From: Heterodontus francisci
Lineage: Eukaryota
Assembly: GCF_036365525.1 (NCBI RefSeq)
Contig: NC_090378.1
Location: 54,324,280-54,388,279 of the forward strand
Direction: 5' to 3'
DNA: 64,000 bases
Each line of letters opens with the position of its first letter. Position 1 is the stretch's first letter. The notes below the pieces were generated by a model. That model had not been told where the DNA came from. It ran no database searches and saw only the letters and a list, made by a program, of their open reading frames with translations. Positions 1-12,639 of the stretch are shown piece after piece. A program made the position numbers and the translations under genes.

Positions 1-342
1 GAGATACAGCACTGAAACAGGCCCTTCGGCCCACCGAGTCTGTGCCGAACATCAACCACCCATTTATACTAATCCTACACTAATCCCATATTCCTACCAA
101 ACATCCCCACCTGTCCCTATATTTCCCTACCACCTACCTATACTAGTGACAATTTATAATGGCCAATTTACCTATCAACCTGCAAGTCTTTTTGGCTTGT
201 GGGAGGAAACCGGAGCACCCGGAGAAAACCCACGCAGACACAGGGAGAACTTGCAAACTCCACACAGGCAGTACCCAGAATCGAACCCGGGTCCCTGGAG
301 CTGTGAGGCTGCGGTGCTAACCACTGCGCCACTGTGCCGCCC
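1..342 (-). mobile_element. HE1-like tRNA-derived SINE (3' tail cut by window edge)
   Basis: Reverse complement begins GGGCGGCACAGTGGCGCAGTGGTTAGC (A box) ... GGTTCGATTC (B box). Near-identical to copies at 26855, 40555 and 54598. Has a CR1-type 3' tail. Confidence 0.9.
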
Positions 343-1639
343 TTAATTTAATACGTCATGCACTTTAACCGATTTCCCAATGACCGCTCTTCCTCTTAGT
401 GCGCAGCCGCTGCATATAAAATACAATAGCTATAATCCTAAAATCCATCTAAAAATACTGGTATTCAGTTTTTGTCATATTTTGAATATTGCACATTTGC
501 AATGATAGTGACTAGATGCGAGAAACGAGCGCATTTGTACAGCGCACGGTGTTTCACCAAAGTGAAAACCTGCTCGAATTAGTTGAAATTAATTTGCTTC
601 ATTTATTCCACATCATTTTTATTTTTAAAAATCCGCGATTTAGATATGCTGGCTGTACTTCACGCCATCTAGTATAAAGCTTCTGCTATATATGGCAATC
701 TGATTGTTTTCTGAGGGTATAATTTTTGCTTTAGAATCCTTGGACTGAATTTTACCGACCCCTCGACGCCACGGGTCATGGCACGGGGGCCAGTAAAGTC
801 CTACGAGGAGAGGCCTGCCTCGACCCGCAACGTCAAGAAGGGCCCGCCGCAAATTACCGGCGGTGGGGGGACCTTGATGCGCTCACCCCCCCCCCCACCC
901 GCCGCATGGCGGCACCCCAATTACAATATGTTAAACTGTACTTACCGCCGCAGATTATGCATCCCGCTGTCTCTCCATTGACACTTGCTGATTTTTCGCT
1001 GAACGGACGGCCGTCACGTGCCATCCAGTTCACAATTTGAAAAGCTGGCGGGTCCACAGAGGCAGGTTTCACGGCAGATGATAAGTTCCTTTTCAGGGGT
1101 CCCACTCTGCATACTGGAAAAGAGGAGTGGGGGGTGGGTGGGAAACACAGGGATCTCACTCTGTATTCATAAAGGGAGGAGGGAGGGAGGATACACAGGG
1201 GTCTCACTCTGCATTTTTAAAGGGAGGAGGGCAGGGATTACTGGAGAGAAAGCTCTGCTGGCATGAAGGGAGGTCTGTGTACCCTGCCTCCATTAACAGT
1301 GTACATTCTGTGTTTGTTAGTGTTTGTGAAAGAGCAATGGCACACTAGGCACCCTGTGTATGAGGAGGGTGCCAAAAAGGGAAGGAACATTAAGGTCATA
1401 TGGATAGTTGGGGCAATCGATTCAGCTGATAGGATCTTGATGTGGTCATGCTGTGGCACTGTGAGTGTTGGCCAAGATGGGCAATGCCATGGTACGCCAC
1501 ATAGTTGATCCAGGAAAGCAGCTGATGTACCCACCAACACCAATCCCTGCCCTGTTGGGAACCTTAGAATACATGAAGGGTTCAGCTTTATTTATCACAT
1601 GGAAATAGGTATGGCTCAATCTACATTATGTGATCCTCT

Positions 1640-2560
1640 GCTCGTGAGGATCCGTATGCACCAGAGGCAATATCAACAGGCAGGTGTGATCCACGTAGAG
1701 GCAGCAGAAGGGGAGCTCGCCATTCCGGTTGCCATGCATTTACAGGCCCCACATGACATGCCATTGGATGTCAGAGCACCAGTGTCAGAGGCAATTGCGC
1801 ATGTAGAGAGGGTGGTGACGCATCTCTGTGCCCTGCTCAAGAATAACCTGCAGCCCATTGTCTCCGGTGGACATCCCATGCCTTTGTTCCTCATAGTGGC
1901 AGCCGTTCTCAAGCCTGACACCTCTGCAGCTTTTCAGAGGCCCACCAGAGACCTTTGTGGGGTCACACAGTCAGCAGTGCATTACTGCATCAGGGAGGTC
2001 ACCAACGCCCTGCACCGGAGGGCCAGTGAGTATGTCCACTTCAGGACAGACTCTCACAGCCAGGCCCAGAGGGTCATTGGTTCTGGCACCATTGCCGGAG
2101 AACCATAGGTTGTCATGTTCATAGACTGCACTCATGTGGCCATCAGGCCTACTGCCAGACTACCACCTGCCGACGTTACCATTAAAGGAGCGCTCTCAAT
2201 CTAGGTGATGCTGGTACGTGATCACCGCAGATGCTTGCTGCGAATGTGTGACCTCTTCTCAGGCAGTAGCCATGACACCTGGGTCTTGCGCCAGTCCCGG
2301 CTGCCACCACTGTTCACTGAACTGGCTCAGATGGTTGGGTGGCTTCTTGGAGATAAGGGCTATCCTTTACTGACAGGGCTCCCGACACCACTGCTGCAGA
2401 GGAGAGATACAACACCAGCCACTGAGCTACATGAGCCACCATTGAGCAGGAGATCAGCATGCTGAAAGAGTACCTCCAATGCCTGGATGGATAGGGTGAT
2501 GCCCTGTACTACGGGCCGAAAAGGCCGGCTCCTTTCTTTGCTGCTCTGCACAACTATGCA
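1640..2560 (+). pseudogene. Harbinger (HARBI1-like) DDE transposase pseudogene
   Basis: Broken frames give ...DLCGVTQSAVHYCIREVTNAL..., IDCTHVAIR, GSSHDTWVLRQS and GWLLGDKGYPL, which match Harbinger IDCTH, GSxHD and LLGDxGYPL motifs. Stops and frameshifts are present. Confidence 0.88.
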
Positions 2561-2619
2561 CCCAATAGGGACCAGGCCTGGCATGATGAGGAGACACAAC
2601 AGGATTCCTCCTCAGACTA

Positions 2620-2703
2620 AAATGGGTGGTTGTTGGTCGGCACAGACTCGGTGGGCCGAAGGGCCTGTTTCAGTGCTGTATCTCTCTATTACTCTATGAC
2701 TCT
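2620..2703 (+). mobile_element. HE1/CR1 3'-tail fragment
   Basis: GCACAGACTCGGTGGGCCGAAGGGCCTGTTTCAGTGCTGTAT followed by a (ACTCTATG)-like tail. Confidence 0.7.
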
Positions 2704-3554
2704 ACGAGGACGCTGAGGACCTACAACATGAAAGATGCATGGGAGGGCAGATGGCACCCAGGCTCTGCATGCAGGGCTAGCAGTGAGCTAGGGATGTACA
2801 GCAGTGGCTTATCAGACAAAGGCTCTCTGCTCCATAGAAACCGACATGAGCTCTGCAAGCCACTCATCATCCTCGCTCACCTGCTGTGCAGCAGTCCACA
2901 TCTGCAGCATCCTTGTGTAAACCATTAGAGGCAGCAGCTGACTGAGCCGATGTCCATGTCACTGCATCTGTGGAGACACTCATGAGTAATGATGGCATGC
3001 CAATTTCGTGTCCATGTTGCTACCATCCCTTTTATTCCATGAGCGATAACTTTGCTCACAGGTCTGTTGTGTGGCACCATATCAAAACGCCTGTTGGAAG
3101 TCCATGTACACCACATCAACAGCATTGCCCTGATCAACACTCTCTGTTACCTCTTCAAATAACTCTCATTACATCCTTTCTCCAGTGCCAAAAGCAAAAT
3201 AAAAGCATTTAAATTATTTTTCCTCGATGAAAATTGTGCTCTCCTCACTGTTCATTTTCTGATTGTTAGAAGTTTCCAGACATGAATGAACAGCAACTGG
3301 AGTGTGTTGCTGGGATTCGTTAGTCTGAGCTCAACCAAGGTCATTCTCTTGAAGTTCCTCTTCAATGTGCCTTGCTGCCGTTTCCAGCACTGTCCCACTT
3401 TTTCTGGGGCCACTCTAATGCCCGAGTTCTTGGTGTTGCTCCACTGGCAGCTGCTGTTTTGTTGCTAGTGATACCGCTTGCCAATCTGATTCACACACAC
3501 AGGCAGACAGACAATCCCCCACTCTCCTGGAGCCATGCAGCTCTATGAAACATT

Positions 3555-4221
3555 GGGCCGGATTTTACCAGCCCTTTGGGGAAGAACTGGGAGGCAGAGG
3601 TGTGCCCTTAAAATGGTGAGGCAAGGCGGGGTGTGGAGTGCCCGTGGTCTTCCCGCCCCCATGCCATTTTGCCAGCAGTGGGGAAGATGGAGGATGGCGC
3701 TCCTGCCCAGAGGCCAATTGAGTCACTGAAGTGGCCAATTAAGGACCTCTTTCTGCCACCGCTGGCATTTTACTAGGGGCGGGTGGATTCTCTGCCAGGT
3801 GAACTCTGGTGGCATCCCTCAGGTTTGGGGGGGATTCCCCCGGGCGGCAATGGCTGCCCCTGTGGCAATGGCACTTCCTGCCCTCACCAACCACACCTCC
3901 TCCCTTGCTGGGACCTGCCTGACCCCACTTACCTTGTTGGGAGGACAGCATCCTTCCATGGTGTCCTTTTCATCCAGGTACAGTCCCAGAAGTGGCTACC
4001 ACTCCTGGTGGCACTGTTGAAACTGCTGGCTCTCCAATTGGCTGGCAGCTCCTGGGGGGTGGGTGGCCGTCCTTCAAAGGAACATCAGCCCCAAAGTCAA
4101 CTAATTAGCCACCAGATCCCTGTAAATTGCAGCTCAGGGACCTACAAATGGCCAAGGCGGGGTTACCCCTGGCTTTTCAGCCTGTCATTGGGAACCCCAC
4201 TGCGAGCATAAAATTCAGCCC
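3555..4221. mobile_element. GC-rich Harbinger-type MITE
   Basis: TIRs GGGCCGGATTTT / AAAATTCAGCCC. 3-bp TSD ATT/ATT. Inserted in a PLE-derived repeat remnant (3547-4345). Confidence 0.8.
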
Positions 4222-5553
4222 ATTAATTGTTTCTCTCTCCACAGATACTGCCAGACCTGAAATTTTATTTTCACATTTCACATCTGCAGTATTTTGCTTT
4301 TATATTCATGCAATATTTGGACACACATTTTTACAGTACCTGCTGTTAAAAATGTGGCTGAAGAAGCATTTAAGAATTTTGAACATAACCACTGTCTGCA
4401 GAATTGAGGAGAAACTGTCCAACAAGATGTCAATTTATTTTACAACCAGTTTAAACTGAAACTAATTGACCCTAATAATGAGAAAACAATCAGGTGTAGA
4501 GTTTCAATAATTTTATGAACTGTATCCTCTTTTTATTTGTTCATGGGATGTGAGCGTCGCTGGTAAGGCCAACATTAATTGCCCATCCCTAATTGCCCTT
4601 GAGAAGGTGGTGGTGAGCTGCCTTCTTGAACCGCTGCAGTCCATTTGGGGTAAGTATACCCACAGTGCTGGTAGGGAGGGAGTTCCAGGATTTTGACCCA
4701 GTGACAGTGAAGGAGTGGCGATATAGTTCCAAGTGTGACTTGGAGGGGAACTTGCAGGTGGTAGCGTTCCCGCGCATCTGCTGCCCATTTTCTTCTAGGT
4801 AGTGGACATCGTGAGTTTGGAAGGTGCTGTCAAAGGAGCCTCGGCAAGTTGTGGCAGCGCATCTTGTAGATTGAACACACTGCATCGACTGTGCACCTGT
4901 GATGGAGGGAGTGAATGTTTAAGGTGATGGATGGAGTGCCTATTAAGTGGGCTGTTTTGTTCTGGATGGTGTTGAGCTTCTAGTGTTGTTGGAGCTGCCA
5001 TCATCCAAGCAAGAAGAGAGTGTTCCATCACACTCCTGGCTTGTGTCTTGCAAATGGTGGACAGGCTTTGGGGAGTCAGGAGATGAGTTGCTCGCCACAG
5101 CATTCCCAGCCTCTGACCTGCTCTTGTAGCTACAGTATTTACATGGCTGTCCAGTTAATTTTCTGGTCAATTGCAACTACCATGATGTTGATGATGGAGG
5201 ATTCAGCAATGGTAATGCCGTTGGTAATGGTCAAGGGGAGATGGTTAGATTCTCTCTTATTGGAGATGGTCATTCCCTGGCACTTAATGTGGTGCACATG
5301 TTACTTGTCACTCATCAGCCCAAGCTTGAATGTTGTCCAGGTTTTGTTGCATGCGGATACAGTCTGCTTCAGTATCGGAGTACTTGGGAACGATACTGAA
5401 CACTGCAATCTTCAAACATCCCCACTTCTGACCTTATATTGAATGGAAGGTCATTGATGAAGCAGCTGAAGATGGTTGGGCCTTGGACACTAATTGAGGA
5501 TCTCCTGCAGCAATGCCCTGGACTGAAATGATTGGCCTCCAACAACCACAATG

Positions 5554-5590
5554 AGTTCTGATGAAATGTCACAAACCTGAAACATTAACT
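5554..5590 (+). ncRNA. Minimal type-I hammerhead ribozyme motif (helix II degraded)
   Basis: AGTT-CTGATGA-A-ATGTCACAAACCT-GAAA-CA-TT-AACT. Catalytic core and helix I (AGTT/AACT) are intact. Confidence 0.55.
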
Positions 5591-5856
5591 GTTTCTCTAT
5601 CCACAAATGTTGCTAGTCCTGAGTATTTTCAGCATTTTGTTTTTTGTAGCTTTCCAATATCCACAGTATTTTGCTTTTGTATTAGTGTTCAATTAACTGC
5701 CACTTCTGTTCCAGGAATGCCCAGCTTGAAGAAGTTCTGCTCTTCTCTCCAAGGGGATTTCCGTTTGTCTCTTCTTCCTTGTTCACCATCATTCTTTTCT
5801 ACTTCCCATCTCGTCTTTGATCCAGTTTGGATGAAAGGTCACAGACCTGAAGCATT

Positions 5857-6630
5857 GAGCTGGATTTTATGGAGCCAGCGGGGGTCCTGATGCCAGGCCC
5901 AAAAGGCAAGGCAAACCCCCACCTTGGCCCATTGGAGCACCACCGCCCCCTCACCCCACCACCTCCCCCAGCTCTATTTAACAGCGCTCAGGCAATTAAC
6001 TGCCTGGCGCAGGGATCCCGCCTCCAAGAGCTACCAGCCAATCTGAGGGCTGGCTGTTCAGTAGTATTGGCAGCGCCACTATAAGCAGTAGCACTGCTGG
6101 TACTTCACGAGGCCCGGGACCAGGACCAGTGCAGGAGCCCTGTACCCCAGGTAAATGTGGCGGGGTCGCCGGACCCGTCTGGCAGGCCTTGACGAGGCTG
6201 GGGGGGGGGGTGGGGAGGTGGAGGGTGATTGTTAAGGATGGGGGGGCGGGGGGGAAATTGGGTATTAGGGAGGGGTGGCCTTTGTCACCAGGGGTCCTCT
6301 GCAGGGCACAGATTGCTCACGGAGGGTCTCTTCCTGTAAGCCCACAGGGTGGCCGCCTTGTTTTATTGTTTGGCCTCCACATGTGGGGGGGTCCCACCAG
6401 CTGCTGGTAAAATACCAGCGACAGCAGGAAGAGCTCCTTAAATGGCTATTAATTGGCCATTTATGGGTCTAAATTGGCCTCTGGGCAGGAATTCCGTCTT
6501 TGGCCTTTCCCACACCTGACAAAATTGCATGATGGGAAGGCAATGGGCACTCCACCCACTGCCTTCCATCGGTATTTTATGAGCCCCCTACCTCCCAGCC
6601 CATCTCCCAGGGGCCCATAAAATTCAGCCT
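5857..6630. mobile_element. GC-rich Harbinger-type MITE
   Basis: TIRs GAGCTGGATTTT / AAAATTCAGCCT. TSD ATT/GTT. Internally opposite in orientation to 3555-4221. Confidence 0.8.
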
Positions 6631-7581
6631 GTTAACACTGTTTCTCTCTGCACATATGCTCTCAGACCTATTGAGTATTTGCACCATTTTCTGTTTTTAT
6701 TAACCACTACCATCTTTCTTTATGCCAGATGCAACGAAAATCAGAGGAAAATTTTCCCCCCTCATTCCTATCGAGTTCAATTTTGCTAGCAGTCCTTGAT
6801 GCCACACTCAGTCAAATGCTGCCTTGATGTCAAGGGCAGTCACTTTCACCTCATCTCTGGAATGTATTTATTTTTAATCCATGTTTGGACCAAGGCTGTA
6901 ATGAGACTCGAGCTAATTGTCCAAACTGAGCAGCGATGACCAGGTTATTGTTGAGTAAATGCCAGTTGATAGCACAATAACACAATCACTTTGCTGATGA
7001 TTGAGAGTATACTGATGGGGTGGTAATTGGCTGGATTAAGTTTGTCCTGCTTTTTGTGGACAGGACTTAACTGGGTAATTGTCGTGTGGATGCCAGCATT
7101 GTCACTGTACTGGAACATCTTAGCTACGGGCAGTTAATTCTGGAGCACAAGTCTTCAGTTGTGCTGTTGTCAGGGCCCATAGCCTTTTCTGTATCCAGTG
7201 CCTTCAGCTGTTTCTTGATATAACGCAGAGTGAATTGAATTGGCTGAACACGGACATCTGAAATAGTGGGGACCTCAGGCGGAGGCTGAGATGGATCATT
7301 CATTTAATTGTCCACCATTGCACCATTCAAGACTGGATGTGGCAGGACTGCAGAGCTTTGATCTGATCCGTAGTTTGTGGGATTGCCTAGCTCTGTCTAT
7401 CACATGCTGCCTCCACTGTTTAGCATGCATATAGTCCTGTGTTGTAGCTTCACCAGGTTGACATTTCATTTTTAGGTATGCCTAATGCTGCTCCTTGTAT
7501 GCTCTCCTGCATTCCTCACTGAACCAGAGTCGATCCCTTGGCTTGATGGTAATGGTAAAGTGAGGGATTATGTTGGGCCAT

Positions 7582-7845
7582 GAGACACTGTTTATTGGCC
7601 AGGAATGAACGGTGACATCGAAAAGTTAGTGAGAATGTGTGAGGTATGCCAGAGCCACCAGCCACAACAATGTAAAGTACATCTACACCCTCACGAGATT
7701 CCATCAGTCCCTTGGTCCAAAATCTCCACTGATCTGTTTTTCATGAATGGAGATGCCTTTATCTCAGTCACCAATAATTTCTCCAAATTTTCAGTTGTCA
7801 GGAAGGTAAAAAATACTTCAAATGTGGTTGTTGCAGACACATTGT
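7582..7845 (+). mobile_element. Gypsy integrase fragment, inverted relative to the adjacent Gypsy body
   Basis: YWPGMNGDIEKLVRMCEVCQSHQP...PWSKISTDLF...NFSKF. Homologous to ~34110-34345. Confidence 0.85.
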
Positions 7846-8441
7846 CTACATCTCTGGAGATCTTCTTTGTCTTGTGGGGTAGGCATATGCCTTACATCTT
7901 CGACTTTGCCTGAGTCAGGACAGATTCCACAACCTGAATAGATGGAGCCAAAGAAACTGATCTGACTTACATTCACCTGGCACTTCTTGCTGTTAAAAAT
8001 GAGCCCTTCGGGACAAGCTACCACCATCAGTGAGTGAAGATTTCAATCATGCTCTTAAACTGCAATATCATCGGCAATGCATATACATCCAGGTATGCTT
8101 TCCATGATCCTGTCCATATGCTGTTGGAACTAATCTTAACTGACAGATAAGCCAAAGGGTATTCTCTGGAAGCAATATCGTCCAAAATGATTTTCTGAAG
8201 GTGGTGACTTCCTGAGGTTCTTTAGATGGGTGCACTGACCAATATCCATGTTTAGCATCCAACTTGGAGAAGAATTTGACTCCTGTGAACTTGGGATTCA
8301 ATTCCTCTTGTGTTGGAATTTTGTGAAGGCATCTCTTTAGGGAGAGGTTTAGATGCCTTGGATCTAGACATATCCTGATTGCTCCATCCTTCTTCAGTAC
8401 GCACATGATTGAGCTATACCAGTCAATGCGATGGTGCACAC

Positions 8442-8715
8442 AAGTGGCGAGTCGAAGAGACTTAGCAGTTGGCAGGAAAAAAGACAGAAGCGCAAGGAGA
8501 CAGCCAACTGCGAAACAGCCCTGACAACCAATTTTATCTGCAGCACCTGTGGAAAAGTCTGTCACTCTAGTATTGGCCTTTATAGCCACTCCAGGCGCTG
8601 CTCCACAAACCACTGACCACCTCCAGGTGCTTACCCATTGTCTCCCGAGACGAGGAGGAAGAGGAAGAAGTGGAAGAGGAAGAGGAAGAGGAGAAGGAGG
8701 AGGAAGAAGTAGAAA
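8442..8715 (+). mobile_element. RTE LINE 3' fragment inserted in Gypsy RT
   Basis: FICSTCGKVCHSSIGLYSHSRRC zinc-finger end and a GAA/GAG-rich tail. Matches 30358-30590. Confidence 0.85.
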
Positions 8716-9104
8716 TGACAAATGATGCCATTGTGATTCCATGTCATCCAACGCACGCTTAAGCTTTTCTTGTAATCTGCACGCTACACTTTCTGGGATG
8801 GTTGATTGATGGAATTGCATTCTCTGAGGTGCAGTACGTCATCGTCTTTGAAATCTCTTATGGCGTCAAACCTGTCTGGGTATATTTGGCTTTAGGTCAT
8901 GGATTGATTCCATGTGGGTACCCTTGGTCTCTTCTGCTGTAATGGGATCTTGGTGACCTCGTGGATAGTCACAATGTTGAGGTCCTTACACGCTGGTAGT
9001 CCTGCCACTGCTGGTCCATTCGTGTCTACCAGGTAAAATATTTGTGGTTTCCATGCTGACTTGCTATAGCTGCATTGCATTGTTAGTGTGACACTGCATG
9101 GGAT

Positions 9105-9336
9105 TGTTAGAGAAATTTCCAAGCCTGTTTGTGAAGAAGACACTAATACCAGGATGCTTTGGTGGAGATGTTTATTGCTTGCCACAGAGCTTACTTCTGC
9201 TCTCCAAACAACACCCACCAGCCAGTGGTGGCTGGCTCTTCTTTATATATACATAATTGAATACAATTGACTAATTAACACCCAACACCTGCTCACCCTA
9301 TTATCTTGAATGAGCATTCATTAACAGACCCTAACA
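9105..9336 (-). mobile_element. Solo LTR of a different LTR family
   Basis: Inverted termini TGTTAG...CTAACA. Perfect 5-bp TSD GGGAT (9100-9104 and 9337-9341). TATA and AATAAA on the minus strand. Confidence 0.85.
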
Positions 9337-9532
9337 GGGATGGGTGACCCATTATATGTAGTTAACTTTGCAGTTGTCAGTTTTATCATTAATTTCCAAT
9401 GACCCGGTAAATATTCTTCTGGATTTGGACTGGTAGTATATTTGCACTAGCTCCAGTGTCAATCTTAATCCTGGGTGTGTGTTTGCCAACTGTCTTAAGG
9501 CACCTGACGTTAATAGTAGCAAAAGCTTCCAG

Positions 9533-10710
9533 TTTTTTTTAATTCATTCATGGGATATGGGCGCCACTGGCCAGGCCAGCATTTATTGCCCATACCTAAT
9601 TGCCCTTGAGAAGGTGGTGGTGAGCTGCCTTCTTGAACCGCTACAGTCCATGTGGGATAGGTACACCCACAGTGCTGTTAGGAGGGGAATTCCAGGATTT
9701 TGACCCAGCAACAGTGAAGGAACGGCGATATAGTTCCAAGTCAGGATGGTGTGTGACTTGGAGGGGAACTGCAGGTGGTGGTGTTCCCATGCTGCCCTTG
9801 TCCCTCTAGTTGATAGGGGTCGCGGGTTTGGAAGGTGCTGCCTAAGGAGAGTCTTGGTGCATTGCTGCAGTGCATCTTGTAGATGGTACACACTGCTGCC
9901 ACTGTGCGTCGGTGGTGGAGGGAGTGAATCTTTAAGGTGGTGGATAGGGTGCCAATCAAGTAGGCTGCTTTGTCCTGGATAGTGTTGAGCTTCTTGAGTG
10001 TTGTTGGAGCTGCACCCATCCAGGCAAGTGGAGAGTATTCCATCGCATTCCTGACTTGTGCCTTATAGATGGTGGACAGGCTTTGGGGAGTCAGGAGTTG
10101 AGTTACTCGCCACAGGATTCCTAACCGCTGACCTGCTCTAGTAGCCACGGTATTTATCTGGCTACTACAGTTCATTTTCTGGTCAATGGTAGCCCCTAGG
10201 ATGTTGATAGTGGGGGATTCAGCGATGGTAATGCCATTGAATGTCAAGGGGAGATGGTTAGATTCTCTCTTGTTGGAGATGGTCATTGCCTGGCACTTGT
10301 GTGCGCGAATGTTACTTGCCACTTATCAGCCCAAGCCTGGATATTGTCCAAGTCTTTCTGCATTTTTACACGGATTGCTTCAGTATCTGAGAAGCTGCCA
10401 ATGGTGCTGAACATTGTGCAATCATCAGCGAACATCCCCACTTCTGACCTTATGATTGAAGGAAGGTCATTGATGAAGCAGCTGAAGATGGTTGGGCCTA
10501 GGACACTACCCTGAGGAACTCCTGAAGTGATGTCCTGGAGCTGAGATGATTGACCTCCAACAACCACAACCATCTTCCTTTGCACTAGGTATGACTCCAA
10601 GCAGCGGAGAGTTTTCTCCCTGATTCCCATTGACTTCAGTTTTGCTCGGGTTCCTTGATGCCATACTCAGTCAAATGCTGCCTTGATGTCAAGGGCAGTC
10701 ACTCTCACCT
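9533..10710 (-). mobile_element. CR1/L2-group LINE (family 2), 5'-truncated, inside Gypsy copy 1
   Basis: LDIKAAFD, GVPQGSVLGP and MFADDCT RT motifs. Confidence 0.9.
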
Positions 10711-12639
10711 TGACTTCATCCACACAATGTGTCAGGTTCACAATGTGAAACAGCTGCTCATCATCTGGCTGAGAATCGCTCCATTCTGAGTCTTGTCTCG
10801 GGTCTATTTCGCAGTGGTCTTTGTGTATCCGCTTGTATTTATGGAGGTCTCTAGCGCTCTCTTTGCTGCAACTGCCCATTGCTGCACCTGCCTTCTGTTT
10901 GTTTGTGTCCTATTGTGACTTCTGGCTGTGTCTTTGGGGCCAGATTTCTTGCATAGGTGGGCGTATTATCTTTTGCACTGCAAGCTTCGCACAGGTCTTG
11001 AAATGCAGGACAAAGCTTTGCAGTGAGTAGGACAAATCACATTTACCACACAGTTTGCTTGCTTTTTATGACTTGGTTATCGTGCCAATACTATCGGCTG
11101 CTCCTAGTGCTTGCCGATGCTGTTGTCCCCATGTTGTCTACAATGGCTTCGTATTTCCTGCCATCTTCTAGTAGCGCATCAATGCTATGACCTTCCTTTT
11201 TCCCCAAGAGATCCTTTTGAAATGCTTCAATGGGTGTTGAGACAATCACTGACTCCATTATTTGATCCGACAGCTCAGCTTCTGAAAAATCGCTTTTGTT
11301 GCCCTTACTACAGCATCAAATGATGAACTAATCTATTGATTCCTGTGGCTGCTGCCTGTAGGACATCAATTCCAGGCAGCGAATTCTAAAATTCCCTCTT
11401 ACCCAAAGGTGATATTCTAGCACTTTCCATATCTTTGTGGGATCTTTCTGGTTCACTTCAGATAAGGCAGAGGTATTGATTCTGTGTAATCCCTCATTTC
11501 CAACTGTTGATAGTATTTTTACAGCCTGTTGCTGTGGTTCTGTAAACATGTGGTCTGTGAAACATAACTGCATTCTTTGGTTAAAAAGTTTGAACTCGGA
11601 TAGGATATCAGTGGCCTTCCAGTTCATGCTGGGAAATTTGATATCCATCTTTCTGCTGTTCTTTTGCTTTCTGCTCTATATTTAACTTTGTTCAGCTCTG
11701 AGTGTGTCTTCAGTACTGTATTTATTATGACATTTCTATTTGTGGTTTGAAATTGGTTTTAAAACTTGTTCCATTCACTCTGCATTGTTTCACCTTTATG
11801 AAAATCTTGGTTATTTAGACTAGCTGCTTGGATGGAGAGGAGCAGGTGTTTGATATTGTTCTGTGTTTATTTTGCTTTCAGAACTTAAGCCTGTCTGTTT
11901 ACTCAGCTGTTCAGTAGGCAGTTCAATTGCTTTGTTTGCTAGATTTGTTTATGTTATTCACGGTGGAGTGATTTCATTTTTTTTAGCTATGGCTGCGTGA
12001 ATGGGGAATCTTCTTCACCCTTGAGTTGTTTAATGATTTTTTAAAAACTTTGTCTATGTGAATGGAGAGTCTGCAGTGTTCGAAGGTTTCCCGCACTTTT
12101 GCTCTAAGACGCCTCCTGTAATGGCGCCGAACCTGATCAGCCCGAGAGAGGTAATGCGTTTTCCCCATTTCTTTTCACAGAGCCTTTTTTAAAAAATCAG
12201 TCTTTTAAGCACTTCAAAGCGCATTTATTTTAAACAAGTATCCCTCGACCGTTAGCACAATGACTCACCCGATCGCAGGAATTTATTTGCAGCCTGTCAT
12301 TCTGAGTTCTGTCTTCTACAGCTCGAGGTACGTTTTTTTTCTTTCCACTGTTTGGGCCAGTAGTTCTTTTGAACTTTGTCTCTTTTGGGCTGTTGGGAGT
12401 GTAGTTTTCAAAGCTGTTTTACCTGTGGTCTTCAATCTCAGATCTTGCGTTTTCACCACAGTTGCCGCCATGTAATAAGTTCTTTATGCTGTCTTATGCA
12501 AATTAAATGAGATAGTACAGAGTCCAGTTCATTGAAGATCTCTAGCAGGTTTATTAACAGCTAAACCAGTATTTACAATGCAGAGCAAATTATTTATAGA
12601 ATCTTTTTCGGGGTGTTCCAGTTGCAGAGTGCCCCTGGC

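Larger units (their letters stand above)
742..3150 (+). mobile_element. Decayed PIF/Harbinger DNA transposon with left TIR and transposase
   Basis: Starts with TIR GGACTGAATTTTACC. The terminal ~250 bp resemble the ends of the MITEs at 17892-18711 and 49245-50025. Contains a transposase remnant. Right end not located. Confidence 0.75.
5552..6701 (+). mobile_element. Non-coding Penelope-derived element with two tandem hammerhead motifs (retrozyme-like), carrying a MITE
   Basis: Approximate TSD AACCACAA/AACCACTA. HHR-like cores at 5558-5586 and ~5828-5856, each followed by the same PLE-type tail. Confidence 0.65.
4530..7584 (-). mobile_element. CR1/L2-group LINE (family 2), 5'-truncated and split by the insertion at 5552-6701
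   Basis: RT remnants (FSCFINDLP..EVGMF; SLSTICKTQARSVMEHS). Same 3' end as the copy at 35234. Sequence resumes in register at 6702. Confidence 0.85.
7846..12603 (-). mobile_element. Decayed Gypsy LTR retrotransposon, copy 1 (partial 5' LTR, PBS, gag, protease, RT)
   Basis: RT motifs KKDGAIRICLDPRHLN and FFSKLDAKHGYW. gag start MDIKFPSMNWKA. LTR end ...TTATTACA then PBS TGGCGGCAACTGTGG at ~12456-12470. Collinear with copy 2. Confidence 0.9.

Noticed and set aside
660-678. CTCF-like motif CGCCATCTAGT in a mildly CpG-rich patch
   Set aside because: Lacks the conserved CC/GG end of the motif. A single short match is not supportable.
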